Positions 48,239 to 56,939 of a stretch of DNA of 64,000 nucleotides are shown piece by piece. The notes below the pieces were generated by a model. It was given only the letters and a program-made list of their open reading frames with translations. It did no database searches and was not told the DNA's origin. Origin of the DNA: Sedimentisphaerales bacterium (GTDB lineage Bacteria > Planctomycetota > Phycisphaerae > Sedimentisphaerales > SM23-30); NCBI GenBank assembly GCA_963663805.2, contig CAXXMR010000019.1, positions 1-64,000 of the forward strand. Reading direction: 5' to 3'. Numbering within the stretch: the first letter of the stretch is position 1; each line of letters opens with the position of its first letter. The translations under genes and the position numbers were made by a program.

Positions 48239-49129
48239 TTGGATGACTCCATGAAACAGGCATTATTATTTGAAGACATTATCACGCCCAAGCCTATCAA
48301 TGTAGCATCTGTGCCGATGAGAAGTCCATTCAGGTACGCCGGGGGCAAAACTTGGTTTGTCCCCTACGCAAGACAATGGCTCAAAAGCCTCGCAAACAAG
48401 AACGTTAAGCTTATTGAGCCTTTTGCCGGAGGGGGAGTGATTAGCTTAACCGCGTCGTTTGAGAATCTCGCCAATTCAATTCTGATGGTTGAGAAAGATG
48501 AGGATGTGGCAGCGGTATGGAAAACTATTCTTTCCAACAATTATAAATGGCTGGCTGAGCAAATTATCAATTTTGATGTTACGGCTGAAAATGTTAATAA
48601 AGCAATTTCGAATAAACCAAAATCTACCAAAGAACACGCATTCAAAACGATCCTCAGAAACAGATTGCAACATGGGGGGATACTGGCCAGCGGGGCTGGC
48701 TTGTTAAAAAATGGAGAAAATGGCAAAGGGTTAAAATCGAGGTGGTACCCAACAACCCTTAAAAACAGAATAGAGGACATACAAGAAGTCCGGGGTAAAA
48801 TTTCTTTTATTGAAGGCGATGCCTTTGAAACCATCGAGCGATACTCCGATGATTCAGATGTTGCTTTCTTTACTGACCCGCCCTATACCAAAGCCGGAAA
48901 AAGATTATATAAATATCATGAAGTAGATCACTTCCGGCTTTTTGAGTTAATCAGTCAGGTTAAAGGCAACTTTATAATAACTTATGACAACGCGGATGAG
49001 ATTGAACTGTTGGCAAATAAATTTCATCTAAAAAAAGAAAAAGTAATAATGAAAACCACACACCACATTCCAAAATATGAACTGGTAATCGGCAATGATT
49101 TGGAATGGCTTTATCAGTTGACAGAATAA
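48239..49129 (+). CDS. D12-class (Dam-like) DNA adenine methyltransferase
   Basis: SPFRYAGGKT, EPFAGGG, DPPY, ITYD. Confidence 0.92.
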   Translation: MDDSMKQALLFEDIITPKPINVASVPMRSPFRYAGGKTWFVPYARQWLKSLANKNVKLIEPFAGGGVISLTASFENLANSILMVEKDEDVAAVWKTILSNNYKWLAEQIINFDVTAENVNKAISNKPKSTKEHAFKTILRNRLQHGGILASGAGLLKNGENGKGLKSRWYPTTLKNRIEDIQEVRGKISFIEGDAFETIERYSDDSDVAFFTDPPYTKAGKRLYKYHEVDHFRLFELISQVKGNFIITYDNADEIELLANKFHLKKEKVIMKTTHHIPKYELVIGNDLEWLYQLTE

Positions 49130-49233
49130 AATTTTAGTAAACGATGTGATTTCGGCTCTAGACAGAGGAGATTGGGGGATATTGTGTGAGATTTTCCGGC
49201 GATATATAGATAACTTGTTGCGAATTTGAGCAT

Positions 49234-50277
49234 TTACTCAAAGAGAGATTCCTGATTATTTGCTAACGACTTGTCAGTATTGGGTTTGAGTCCAAGGTGT
49301 TTGTATGCTTGTTCGGTGGCGCAGCGGCCTTGTCGGGTTCGGGCTACGAAACCTATTTGGAGGAGGTAGGGTTCTACTACATCTTCGAGGGTGTCCCTTT
49401 CTTCGCCGAGGGTAGCGGCAAGCGCTTCTATACCAGCGGGTCCTCCTTTGTAAATTTTGATTAGGCTGGTGAGGAACGCACGGTCGAGGTTGTCGAGGCC
49501 TAATTCGTCGATTTCTTCGATGCGCAGGGCGGCGCGGGTTATTTCGGTGTTGATGGTGCCGTGGCCGTGTACCTGGGCATAATCGCGCACCCGACGCAGC
49601 AGACGATTCGCGACGCGCGGGGTGCCGCGGCTGCCGGCGGCGATGATGTGGAAAGACTCATCGTCGCAGGGCACATTCAACATACCGGCAGAGCGTTCCA
49701 GGCATTGTCGCAAATGTTCCTGCGACCAAAATTCCAGATGATGCTGGATGCCAAATCGGGCGCGCATGGGTGAGGAGATAAGGCCGGCACGGGTGGTGGC
49801 ACCGATAAGCGTGAAAGGCTGGAGAGGGATATTGATAGTCTTGGCGTGCATACCGCTATCGACGGTGAAGTCCACGCGAAAATCTTCCATGGCAGGATAG
49901 ATGAACTCCTCGACGATAGGAGGCAGTCGGTGAATTTCGTCGATGAAAAGTACGTCGCCCCGCTGAAGGTTGGTAAGTATGCCCATAAGGTCGGCGGGGC
50001 GAACCAGCGCGGGCCCGCTGGAAGTTTTGAGGTGGGCCCCCATCTCGTTGGCGATGACATGAGCGATGGTGGTCTTGCCTAGACCGGGCGGGCCGTGGAC
50101 CAGTACATGCTCGACCGGTTCGCTGCGTTGTTTGGCGGCGGTTAGGGCGATGGTGATTTTTTCGATGAGCTTTTCCTGGCCGATACATTCGCGGATGGAT
50201 TGGGGTCGCAGGGCGAGATCGTATTTTTCTTCTTCGAAGTTTTTTATTTCGGGGTCGATAATTCTTTCGCGGGCCAT
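49234..50277 (-). CDS. ruvB: Holliday junction helicase RuvB
   Basis: LRP, GPPGLGKTT, FIDEIHRL, GATTR, RGTPR, EPYL. Confidence 0.98.
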   Translation of the reverse strand: MARERIIDPEIKNFEEEKYDLALRPQSIRECIGQEKLIEKITIALTAAKQRSEPVEHVLVHGPPGLGKTTIAHVIANEMGAHLKTSSGPALVRPADLMGILTNLQRGDVLFIDEIHRLPPIVEEFIYPAMEDFRVDFTVDSGMHAKTINIPLQPFTLIGATTRAGLISSPMRARFGIQHHLEFWSQEHLRQCLERSAGMLNVPCDDESFHIIAAGSRGTPRVANRLLRRVRDYAQVHGHGTINTEITRAALRIEEIDELGLDNLDRAFLTSLIKIYKGGPAGIEALAATLGEERDTLEDVVEPYLLQIGFVARTRQGRCATEQAYKHLGLKPNTDKSLANNQESLFE

Positions 50278-50301
50278 CTTTTATCCTAAATCATAATAAA
50301 A

Positions 50302-50338
50302 AATATTTAACCGCGGATTACGCGGATTACACGGATTT
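50302..50338 (+). repeat. Dispersed repeat family A copy between ruvA and ruvB
   Basis: AATATTTAACCGCGGATTACGCGGATTACACGGATTT. Confidence 0.9.
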
Positions 50339-50349
50339 AATTATCCGCT

Positions 50350-50988
50350 TTATTTTGCTCCGGCTTTTACTTTGTAGACAGCCTGGATGAGGGCGTCGGT
50401 GGTGGTTATGTCGGGGAAGATGTCGAGGGCGCGGCTGATGAGTTCTTCGGCTTCGTTGCGGCGTTCGCCGAGTTGGAGCAGAATTTCGAGGGCTTCTATT
50501 TCTATACCAGTCAGCGGTTTTTGCGTGGCGCGAACGACGGCACCGCCACCAGCCAAGGCAAAGTCGGTAACTTTACCTTTTAGCTCCGCGATAATATGTT
50601 CGGCTGTCCGTTTGCCGATTTCGGGCAGGGTCGATAACATTTTAGTGTCCCCGTTTTCTATAAACGCGGCAATGTCAGAGAGCGAGCGTGACAGGGCCCG
50701 AAGCGCTTTACGCGGACCGATGCCCTTTACGGTAATGAAACGCCGGAAAAATGATTTATCCTCAGCGTGGGCGAAACCGACGATACGGGGAATGAGATTG
50801 CCGCCCATAGAGCTGCCTTCATAATATTCGAGGCAATGTAAAACTATTTCGCGACCTAACTGGCTCGAAAGGTCAGAAATGAGATAAGCCGGTATCATTA
50901 CTTCGTAGGCGAGCGGGCCGGCTTCGATGAGGGCGGTGCCGACTTCGGTGTCCAGTTCGAGCAGTAGGCCGGAAATGCGAGCGATCAT
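50350..50988 (-). CDS. ruvA: Holliday junction DNA-binding protein RuvA
   Basis: MIARISG, VKGIGPRKAL, PEIGKRTAEHIIAELKGK. Confidence 0.95.
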   Translation of the reverse strand: MIARISGLLLELDTEVGTALIEAGPLAYEVMIPAYLISDLSSQLGREIVLHCLEYYEGSSMGGNLIPRIVGFAHAEDKSFFRRFITVKGIGPRKALRALSRSLSDIAAFIENGDTKMLSTLPEIGKRTAEHIIAELKGKVTDFALAGGGAVVRATQKPLTGIEIEALEILLQLGERRNEAEELISRALDIFPDITTTDALIQAVYKVKAGAK

Positions 50989-51476
50989 CTGGTAAATTCC
51001 TGTAATTGTTTTTCGTTGATACAGCACATGGCGATGGCGATGGCGTCAGCGACATCAGCGGGCTTGGGCATAGTCTTCAAACCCAGCTGGGTAGTTACCG
51101 CCAGCTGCATCTGTTCTTTGCCCGCTCGGCCGGAACCGGTTAGAGACTTCTTAACCCTGGTCGCGGAAAACCCATATACCGGCAAATCGTGTTGAGCTGC
51201 CGCCAGCAGAAAAACTCCGCGGGCGTGGCCCATGAGAATGGCTGTACGCGGATGTTTGTAATGAGCGTATAGTTCCTCAATCGCCAGGGCATCGACGGGC
51301 TGTTCGTCGAGCAGGGCATCAATATCGCGATAAATCTGGGACAGTCTCTGGGCGAGAGGCAAAGAAGTCTCGGCGCGGATAGTTCCGGCGTCGATGACTT
51401 TGAGCTGTCGGCCCTGCCAGTCGATTACGGCGTATCCGCTGGTTCGCAGTCCGGGGTCTATGCCGAGTACTTTCAT
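50985..51476 (-). CDS. ruvC: Crossover junction endodeoxyribonuclease RuvC
   Basis: LGIDPG, IEE, GHARG, VKK, DVADAIAIA. Confidence 0.97.
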   Translation of the reverse strand: MKVLGIDPGLRTSGYAVIDWQGRQLKVIDAGTIRAETSLPLAQRLSQIYRDIDALLDEQPVDALAIEELYAHYKHPRTAILMGHARGVFLLAAAQHDLPVYGFSATRVKKSLTGSGRAGKEQMQLAVTTQLGLKTMPKPADVADAIAIAMCCINEKQLQEFTR

Positions 51477-52984
51477 GATTCAAGCTGCCATTCGGTTGTC
51501 CCGTCGGGATTGTCGCGGAGGGTGATGTTTAGGTTTTTGAGGGCGTCGCGAATGGTGTCGGACAATTGAAAATTTTTGTCGGTTCGGGCTTGTTTGCGCA
51601 GTTTAATGATTAACTCCATTAACTGAGGCGTGAGTGAGTCAGTACCGGCAGCCTTAGTAAGAGGATGCGTAAACAAACCAAGTATCTGGCCCAGATGAGT
51701 GATCATTCGCCCCGCTTCCTGAGCGATAGTAAGGAATTCTTTATTGGTTTGTCCCTGGGCTCGCTGGTCATCGAGATAGCGGTTGACGGTGTTGACAAGC
51801 TCAAATAGAGTCGCAATCGCGGCGGCGGTATTGAAATCATCGTCGAGAGCTTCGAGATAGCGAAGTTGGGCCTGGGCCACATCCTCTGTGAATTTTTTAT
51901 CGGGTTCGGACTGAGCCTGATTCTCCATTGCGGCGATATTTGGTTTGGTATGATAAATATCATCGCCGGTTAGCGCCTCAAGGCGGTCGAGCAGACGATA
52001 AATATTATTGGCGCCCTTTTGCACCGCCGTGATGGCTTCATCAGAAAAGTCGATGGGACGACGATAGTGGGTACTAAGGACAAAGAAACGTAGAATAGCG
52101 GGCGGGTATTCCTCCAGCAGCTCAGCGATAGGCTTGATATTACCGAGCGATTTGCTCATTTTTTCGGCTTTCCATTCGCTGCCGCTTTTGGTGCGTACCC
52201 GTGTCAACCCATTGTGCATCCAGTATTTAACGTAAGGCTTACCGGAGGCGGTCTGGGACTGGGCGATCTCATTTTCATGATGCGGGAAAATAAGATCCAT
52301 TCCGCCGCCATGAATATCAAAAGTCTCGCCCAGCAAATCCATACTCATAACCGAACACTCAATATGCCAGCCCGGTCGACCCCGACCCCAGGGGGACTCC
52401 CACCCGATTTCATCTGGGCCGACACTTTTCCATAAGGCAAAGTCAGCGTTGTTGCGTTTTTGGGATGAGCCAGCCAGTTGGCGGGAGCCTTCGAGCTGGT
52501 CTTCTTGTTTTCGGTTGGAGAGGCAACCGTAGTTGTCACATTTAGTTACGTCGAAATATACATCGCCGTCGGCAATGTAGGCGGCATCTTGGTCACCTAG
52601 TTTGTGGATTAGTTGAATCATGTGAGGGATATAACTGGTGGCGTGGGGGAAATGGTCTATGCTGTCGATGTTTAGTTTTTCTAGTGCTTCGTAGTATCCG
52701 GCGGAGATTTCACGGGCGAGCTGCTCGGTGGTAATACCGCGTTTTTGGGCTTCGTTAATCATTTTGTCGTCTACGTCGGTGATATTAACGACGAAAGTTA
52801 CGTTGTAGCCTTTATATATGAGGTATTTTTTGAGGGCGTCGAAGATGACCGGTCCGATGAAATGGCCGATATGGCAGGGCTTGTAGACGGTAGGGCCGCA
52901 GAGGTAAATGCCTACTTTGCCGGGGTTTACGGATTCGAAGAGTTCTTTTTCGCGGGTGAGTGTATTGTAAATTCTCAGGGCCAT
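51473..52984 (-). CDS. cysS: Cysteine--tRNA ligase
   Basis: CGPTVY, HIGH, GWHIECS, FPHHENE, KMSKS. Confidence 0.98.
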   Translation of the reverse strand: MALRIYNTLTREKELFESVNPGKVGIYLCGPTVYKPCHIGHFIGPVIFDALKKYLIYKGYNVTFVVNITDVDDKMINEAQKRGITTEQLAREISAGYYEALEKLNIDSIDHFPHATSYIPHMIQLIHKLGDQDAAYIADGDVYFDVTKCDNYGCLSNRKQEDQLEGSRQLAGSSQKRNNADFALWKSVGPDEIGWESPWGRGRPGWHIECSVMSMDLLGETFDIHGGGMDLIFPHHENEIAQSQTASGKPYVKYWMHNGLTRVRTKSGSEWKAEKMSKSLGNIKPIAELLEEYPPAILRFFVLSTHYRRPIDFSDEAITAVQKGANNIYRLLDRLEALTGDDIYHTKPNIAAMENQAQSEPDKKFTEDVAQAQLRYLEALDDDFNTAAAIATLFELVNTVNRYLDDQRAQGQTNKEFLTIAQEAGRMITHLGQILGLFTHPLTKAAGTDSLTPQLMELIIKLRKQARTDKNFQLSDTIRDALKNLNITLRDNPDGTTEWQLES

Positions 52985-53014
52985 TTTTTTACCTTGGTAA
53001 TAATACGGTTACTG

Positions 53015-53507
53015 TCAAATTCGCTTTAGTGAAGCTATGGCGTGGCAGGCGACGGCCTGACCTGTGCCGGTTGCTTCGAGTTTCTCGTTGGTCTTGGCCT
53101 TTATATTAACGGCTTCTGGGGGTAGATGCAAAAGTTGGGCGAGATTTTGACGAAGGATTTTTTTGTGAGGGCCGATCTTAGGCTGTTCGGCGATAATCGT
53201 TGTGTCAATATTCACGGGGGCGTAGCCGGCGTCGTTGATGAGGGTGAGGGTTTTTTTTTAGTAAGTCTGTGCTGGCAATGTCTTTATATTTTGAGTCGGT
53301 ATCGGGGAAGTGCTGGCCGATGTCGTCGAGGCCGGCAGCGCCAAGCAGGGCGTCGATGACGGCGTGGATTAGTACGTCGGCGTCGCTGTGGCCTAGCAGG
53401 CCGAGCGGGGAGGGGATTTTTACGCCAGCGAGGATGAATGGGCGGTCGGGGGTGAGGCGGTGAAGGTCATAGCCCTGGCCGATTCTTACGATGCTTTCTG
53501 TGGTCAT
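53015..53507 (-). pseudogene. ispF: 2-C-methyl-D-erythritol 2,4-cyclodiphosphate synthase, frameshifted at an A9 run (biological or sequencing error)
   Basis: [16 protein letters not shown] and DIGQHFPD in one frame; NIDTTII...NIKAKTNE in another. Removing one T from T9 at 53251-53259 joins them. Confidence 0.9.
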
Positions 53508-54047
53508 GGTTATCCTTACATGTAACTGGTCGATTCGGCTTATTATAATGCCGGTAAATCGTAAACGTAAGTGCTTATTTTTGTCGGCAAAATTGCGTTG
53601 GTCGAGTAAGGCAAAAACGCGGTGATTGGGGGATGTAAGTGCTTGTTTTGTGGGGAGAGTATTGCTGTAAGTCTTTATTTTTGTGAGCGCTAAGGTTACT
53701 TTGGGGGCGCGAGGGCGGCTTAAAACGGGTTTTTCGGGTGGGGGGGTCTCCTTAATGCGCAATTTGCAGGGGGCCAAATCAGCGCGATTGGGGATTTTTG
53801 GGGGGGCAAAAAGAGTGTTTGGAGGCAGGGGGCGGGGGATTTGGGGTGTGAATATGCCTGTTTGGGGCGTTACTGCGGTGGTAAAGTTGTGTTTGCGGTG
53901 GGGGTTTTCGGCGCGGCTTGGACTGGGACGACCGATTTTTGATGATTTTTTTGATTTTTCGAGCGTTTTTTTTGATTTTTGGGTTGGTTTTTGAGTGTTT
54001 TTTTGGGTGATTTTGAGATTTAGAAAGGCAGGAGGGATGAGGCATTT

Positions 54048-54243
54048 AAGAAGGCAAGAGGCATTAGGCATGAGGCAGAAGTGAACGGCTAGGTTTCGAC
54101 CTGCGGTCGAGGGCTGAATGATTAACGGCGAGGTGCTGCCTTGGGCAGGGGGTGTTTTTATTTTCAAACAAGGAAAAAAGAGATTTGACCTCTTTTTTTT
54201 TAAGAAGGCAAGAGGGATGAGGGATGAGGCAAGAGTGAACGGC
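54048..54243 (+). repeat. Dispersed repeat family C, two copies
   Basis: Match to 26295-26377 and 59311-59367. Confidence 0.8.
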
Positions 54244-54357
54244 GGGAAAAATTAATTGTACCGGACACCTCCTATGAAGCCAGATGTGTCAAGGTTGATT
54301 TTAGGGTTTTTTAAATTTTCTTTTTTTCACTTTACGTACCTTTTCCGCGGCTCGGTT

Positions 54358-54511
54358 ATGATCGGTCGTCTCATGCTCCTATTCAGGTTGCCGCGGGATT
54401 ATTTGATTTTCGCGGGCCTATTAAACTTATACGGCAGTCGGCCTATTCTTAAGTACGGGCTCTGATGGCCCAAGGTGTCCGTCAGGCTCGACTGTATTCG
54501 ATCTCGATCAC
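54358..54511 (-). ncRNA. Predicted bridge/seek RNA of the IS1111-type element
   Basis: Nested stems (GTGATCG/CGATCAT; CAGTCG-GCCT/AGGC-CGACTG; GGGC/GCCC) whose loop segments match the target flanks and the donor end. Exact ends uncertain. Confidence 0.75.
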
Positions 54512-54652
54512 TTAAGAGCTTCAATCATATTCGTTTTGTTTTTCTTGCGGTCGTCAGATTGTGGTTAATCTGGTTATTGTAAACGGTTCTTCATTTTCGG
54601 CGTCAGCCGGGGGGAAACTGGCAAGGATGCGGCCTGAGCCGGATTCATTTTA

Positions 54653-55756
54653 TTATTGAGCGCATCTCTGAGGTGTTGGGGTCAGTCGATTACTCCTTGG
54701 ATTAGCTGAGGTTTTTTGTATTTTATATTTCCAGGGTTTATGGTCGCGCATCATGGCCCAGCAGCGAATAAGCAAGTGTCGAGCAACGGCGATTATGGCT
54801 ATTTTACGTCGTTTGGCGCTGCCTCGGCTGACGCGTAAGTATATCTCTCGGGCCCAATCGTATCGCAAAGCAGTCCAACTGGCCTGAACTAACAACACCC
54901 TCAAAAGAGGATTGCCGCGTTTGCTGATACGGCCGGTGCGGTCCATTTGGCCGGACTGATAGCGGCGGGGAGTAAAACCGACATAACTGCTAACTTGGCG
55001 GCTGTTTTTGAAACGGTGAGGGTCATCAATAACCGCGACTATCGCCTCAGCGGTGCGGGGACCTACTCCTACGGCGGTTTGTAATAACTTTACTTTTTCC
55101 GATTTGTCATTGAGCCGGTTGAGTTTTTCGCTGGTCTGGTCGAGACATTTTTTTAGGGCCTCCAGTTGTTTAAGTTCCAGGTCCAGTTGGCCACGCCAGA
55201 GTTCTTCGGGATTGTCTATTTCAGCGAAGGGCTGAGCCAGTGTTTCTATTTGATGGAGATGTTTTTTTGTCCAGCAGCTTTTGCCATCGGGCAGGTCTAT
55301 GGCCATGATAGTCATCAGGGCCCGGATGCTGTTTTTGACCTGCGTCTGGCGATTGACAAGCTTTTGGCGATAATAGATGAGACTGCGTTTTTGACGAACC
55401 GGTTTATTGGGGACATGAACTTCAGGAAAGAAGCCGTGATGATACATCATAGCCAGGCGGTGAGCATCATCTTTGTCAGACTTGTTGGGATTGTTGGTCC
55501 ATTTCCAGGCGGGATGATTGACGTTGGCAACCTTGAATTGCAGGCCCAACGCCGTGAGCATGTCCGCCAGCCAGCCGGCCTGAGAACCGACCTCGAAAAG
55601 TACGATGGAATTTTCAGGGTCCAGCTGCGCGAAAATATCGTGGAACTCCTGTGGGGAAGTTCTGACGGTCGCGTATTTGGTTGTCAAAGAGCCGGTCTCC
55701 AGCTTGCAAAATGCACTCTTGCGTTTACCTAGGTCGATTGCTACAATAGTTTCCAT
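54653..55756 (-). CDS. IS110-family DEDD recombinase/transposase
   Basis: AIDLGK, FEVG, KSDKDDA (DEDD); GVGPRTA, YQSG (catalytic Ser), ISKRGN, AVARHL. AAGGAG RBS. Confidence 0.95.
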   Translation of the reverse strand: METIVAIDLGKRKSAFCKLETGSLTTKYATVRTSPQEFHDIFAQLDPENSIVLFEVGSQAGWLADMLTALGLQFKVANVNHPAWKWTNNPNKSDKDDAHRLAMMYHHGFFPEVHVPNKPVRQKRSLIYYRQKLVNRQTQVKNSIRALMTIMAIDLPDGKSCWTKKHLHQIETLAQPFAEIDNPEELWRGQLDLELKQLEALKKCLDQTSEKLNRLNDKSEKVKLLQTAVGVGPRTAEAIVAVIDDPHRFKNSRQVSSYVGFTPRRYQSGQMDRTGRISKRGNPLLRVLLVQASWTALRYDWAREIYLRVSRGSAKRRKIAIIAVARHLLIRCWAMMRDHKPWKYKIQKTSANPRSNRLTPTPQRCAQ

Positions 55757-55879
55757 GGTCAGATGCTCCTTAATCCTTGTCAAGAATAAAGCGGTAATGC
55801 CCCAGCGGCAACCACGCCGGGACGATTATAACATAATTCGTCCCGGAGCATCTGGCTTTCATAGTTTCTTAATTCGCCT

Positions 55880-56218
55880 TTAATTTTCTCCTGTCACCAA
55901 TAATGCCGCCAAAACAGCCAGAATAAAACAAATACCCAGGAGACATCTTAGGTAAACTTGACCTTTTACTATTTTCTCTTTAGTCTCCATAATATAATTA
56001 TCTAAATCGTATTCAGAGCTATGCAGTATTTTTTTCATTACTTGCTTGTCTATCATTCCTTCTCCCCAAAAAGGACTACTGTTTAACTTGAGATACAGTT
56101 CTTTATGTTCCGACTTTATGTGATTTGTCAGTCGCCTACCTAATAAATATATCCTGAAACTAAGTAACATCGAACTTATAAATGCGCTGACAAACAAAAA
56201 ATTAAATAGATTTTTCAT
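55880..56218 (-). CDS. Putative Rhs immunity protein (two TM helices)
   Basis: Small AT-rich ORF directly downstream of the Rhs C-terminus; GAGG RBS. Confidence 0.65.
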   Translation of the reverse strand: MKNLFNFLFVSAFISSMLLSFRIYLLGRRLTNHIKSEHKELYLKLNSSPFWGEGMIDKQVMKKILHSSEYDLDNYIMETKEKIVKGQVYLRCLLGICFILAVLAALLVTGEN

Positions 56219-56939
56219 TAATTAGCCTCATAGAAATTATACGATATTGAGAATAGTGTCACTCAACAGCAAGTTAAATTATCACTATAAAAATTGCAAT
56301 ATTAATCTTGGAACCAATTTTTAATTTTATTTGCCTGACCTTTCCAATATCTGGTATATATTTTTGTGCTAAAAACTTCTTTTGTTGGAACAAACTCTGC
56401 TGTTTCAACAAGAACGTGTGCTTCGACAGGCGTCATGGCACTTCCTGGTAATGTTACAGAACCAGTAGCCATATGTGAACCATTTAGTCCATAAGAATAT
56501 TCGCCCCCCAAACCTACAACACCCGGTAGCGTTACACTACCTCCATAAGTACTCGATGTTCCAGCCAGATCATAGCAATTTCCCCAGAATTTATGCCCCA
56601 CAAAAGAAGCTGATCCGCCAGCGCCCATGAGCGATCCGCCACCAACACGAATGATAAAACCGGCATTGCCAAGGCTGTCCCAAATAAAAGATACCCCACT
56701 TGACCCAGCAACTCCTGCACCTCCAAGGAAGTCTAGCCCGACACCTACTCCTGTAATTGAAGTATCAACACCACCACTCAGATAATTCATAAATTGGGCT
56801 TGCTGTAAATATTTCAAATTGAGTAATTCAAATCCTTTATACGAGATCGTCATTTTGAAGCCGGAAGTAACTGTATTTAAAGTCCCAACATCAGGTATCT
56901 GTTCACCTGTCATAACAGTCTTTGAATCTAATCTTAATT

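Larger units (their letters stand above)
54271..55869 (-). mobile_element. Complete IS110-family (IS1111-type) insertion sequence, about 1.6 kb
   Basis: Sub-terminal IRs CTATGAAGCCAGATG (54272-54286) and CATCTGGCTTTCATAG (55849-55864). CT core at 54269-54270 and 55868-55869. Long non-coding region 3' of the transposase. Confidence 0.88.

Noticed and set aside
53508..54167. Long N-terminal extension of the 320-aa ORF containing ispF
   Set aside because: Low-complexity translation of repeat-rich intergenic DNA; IspF homology starts at ATG 53507, after an AAGGA RBS.
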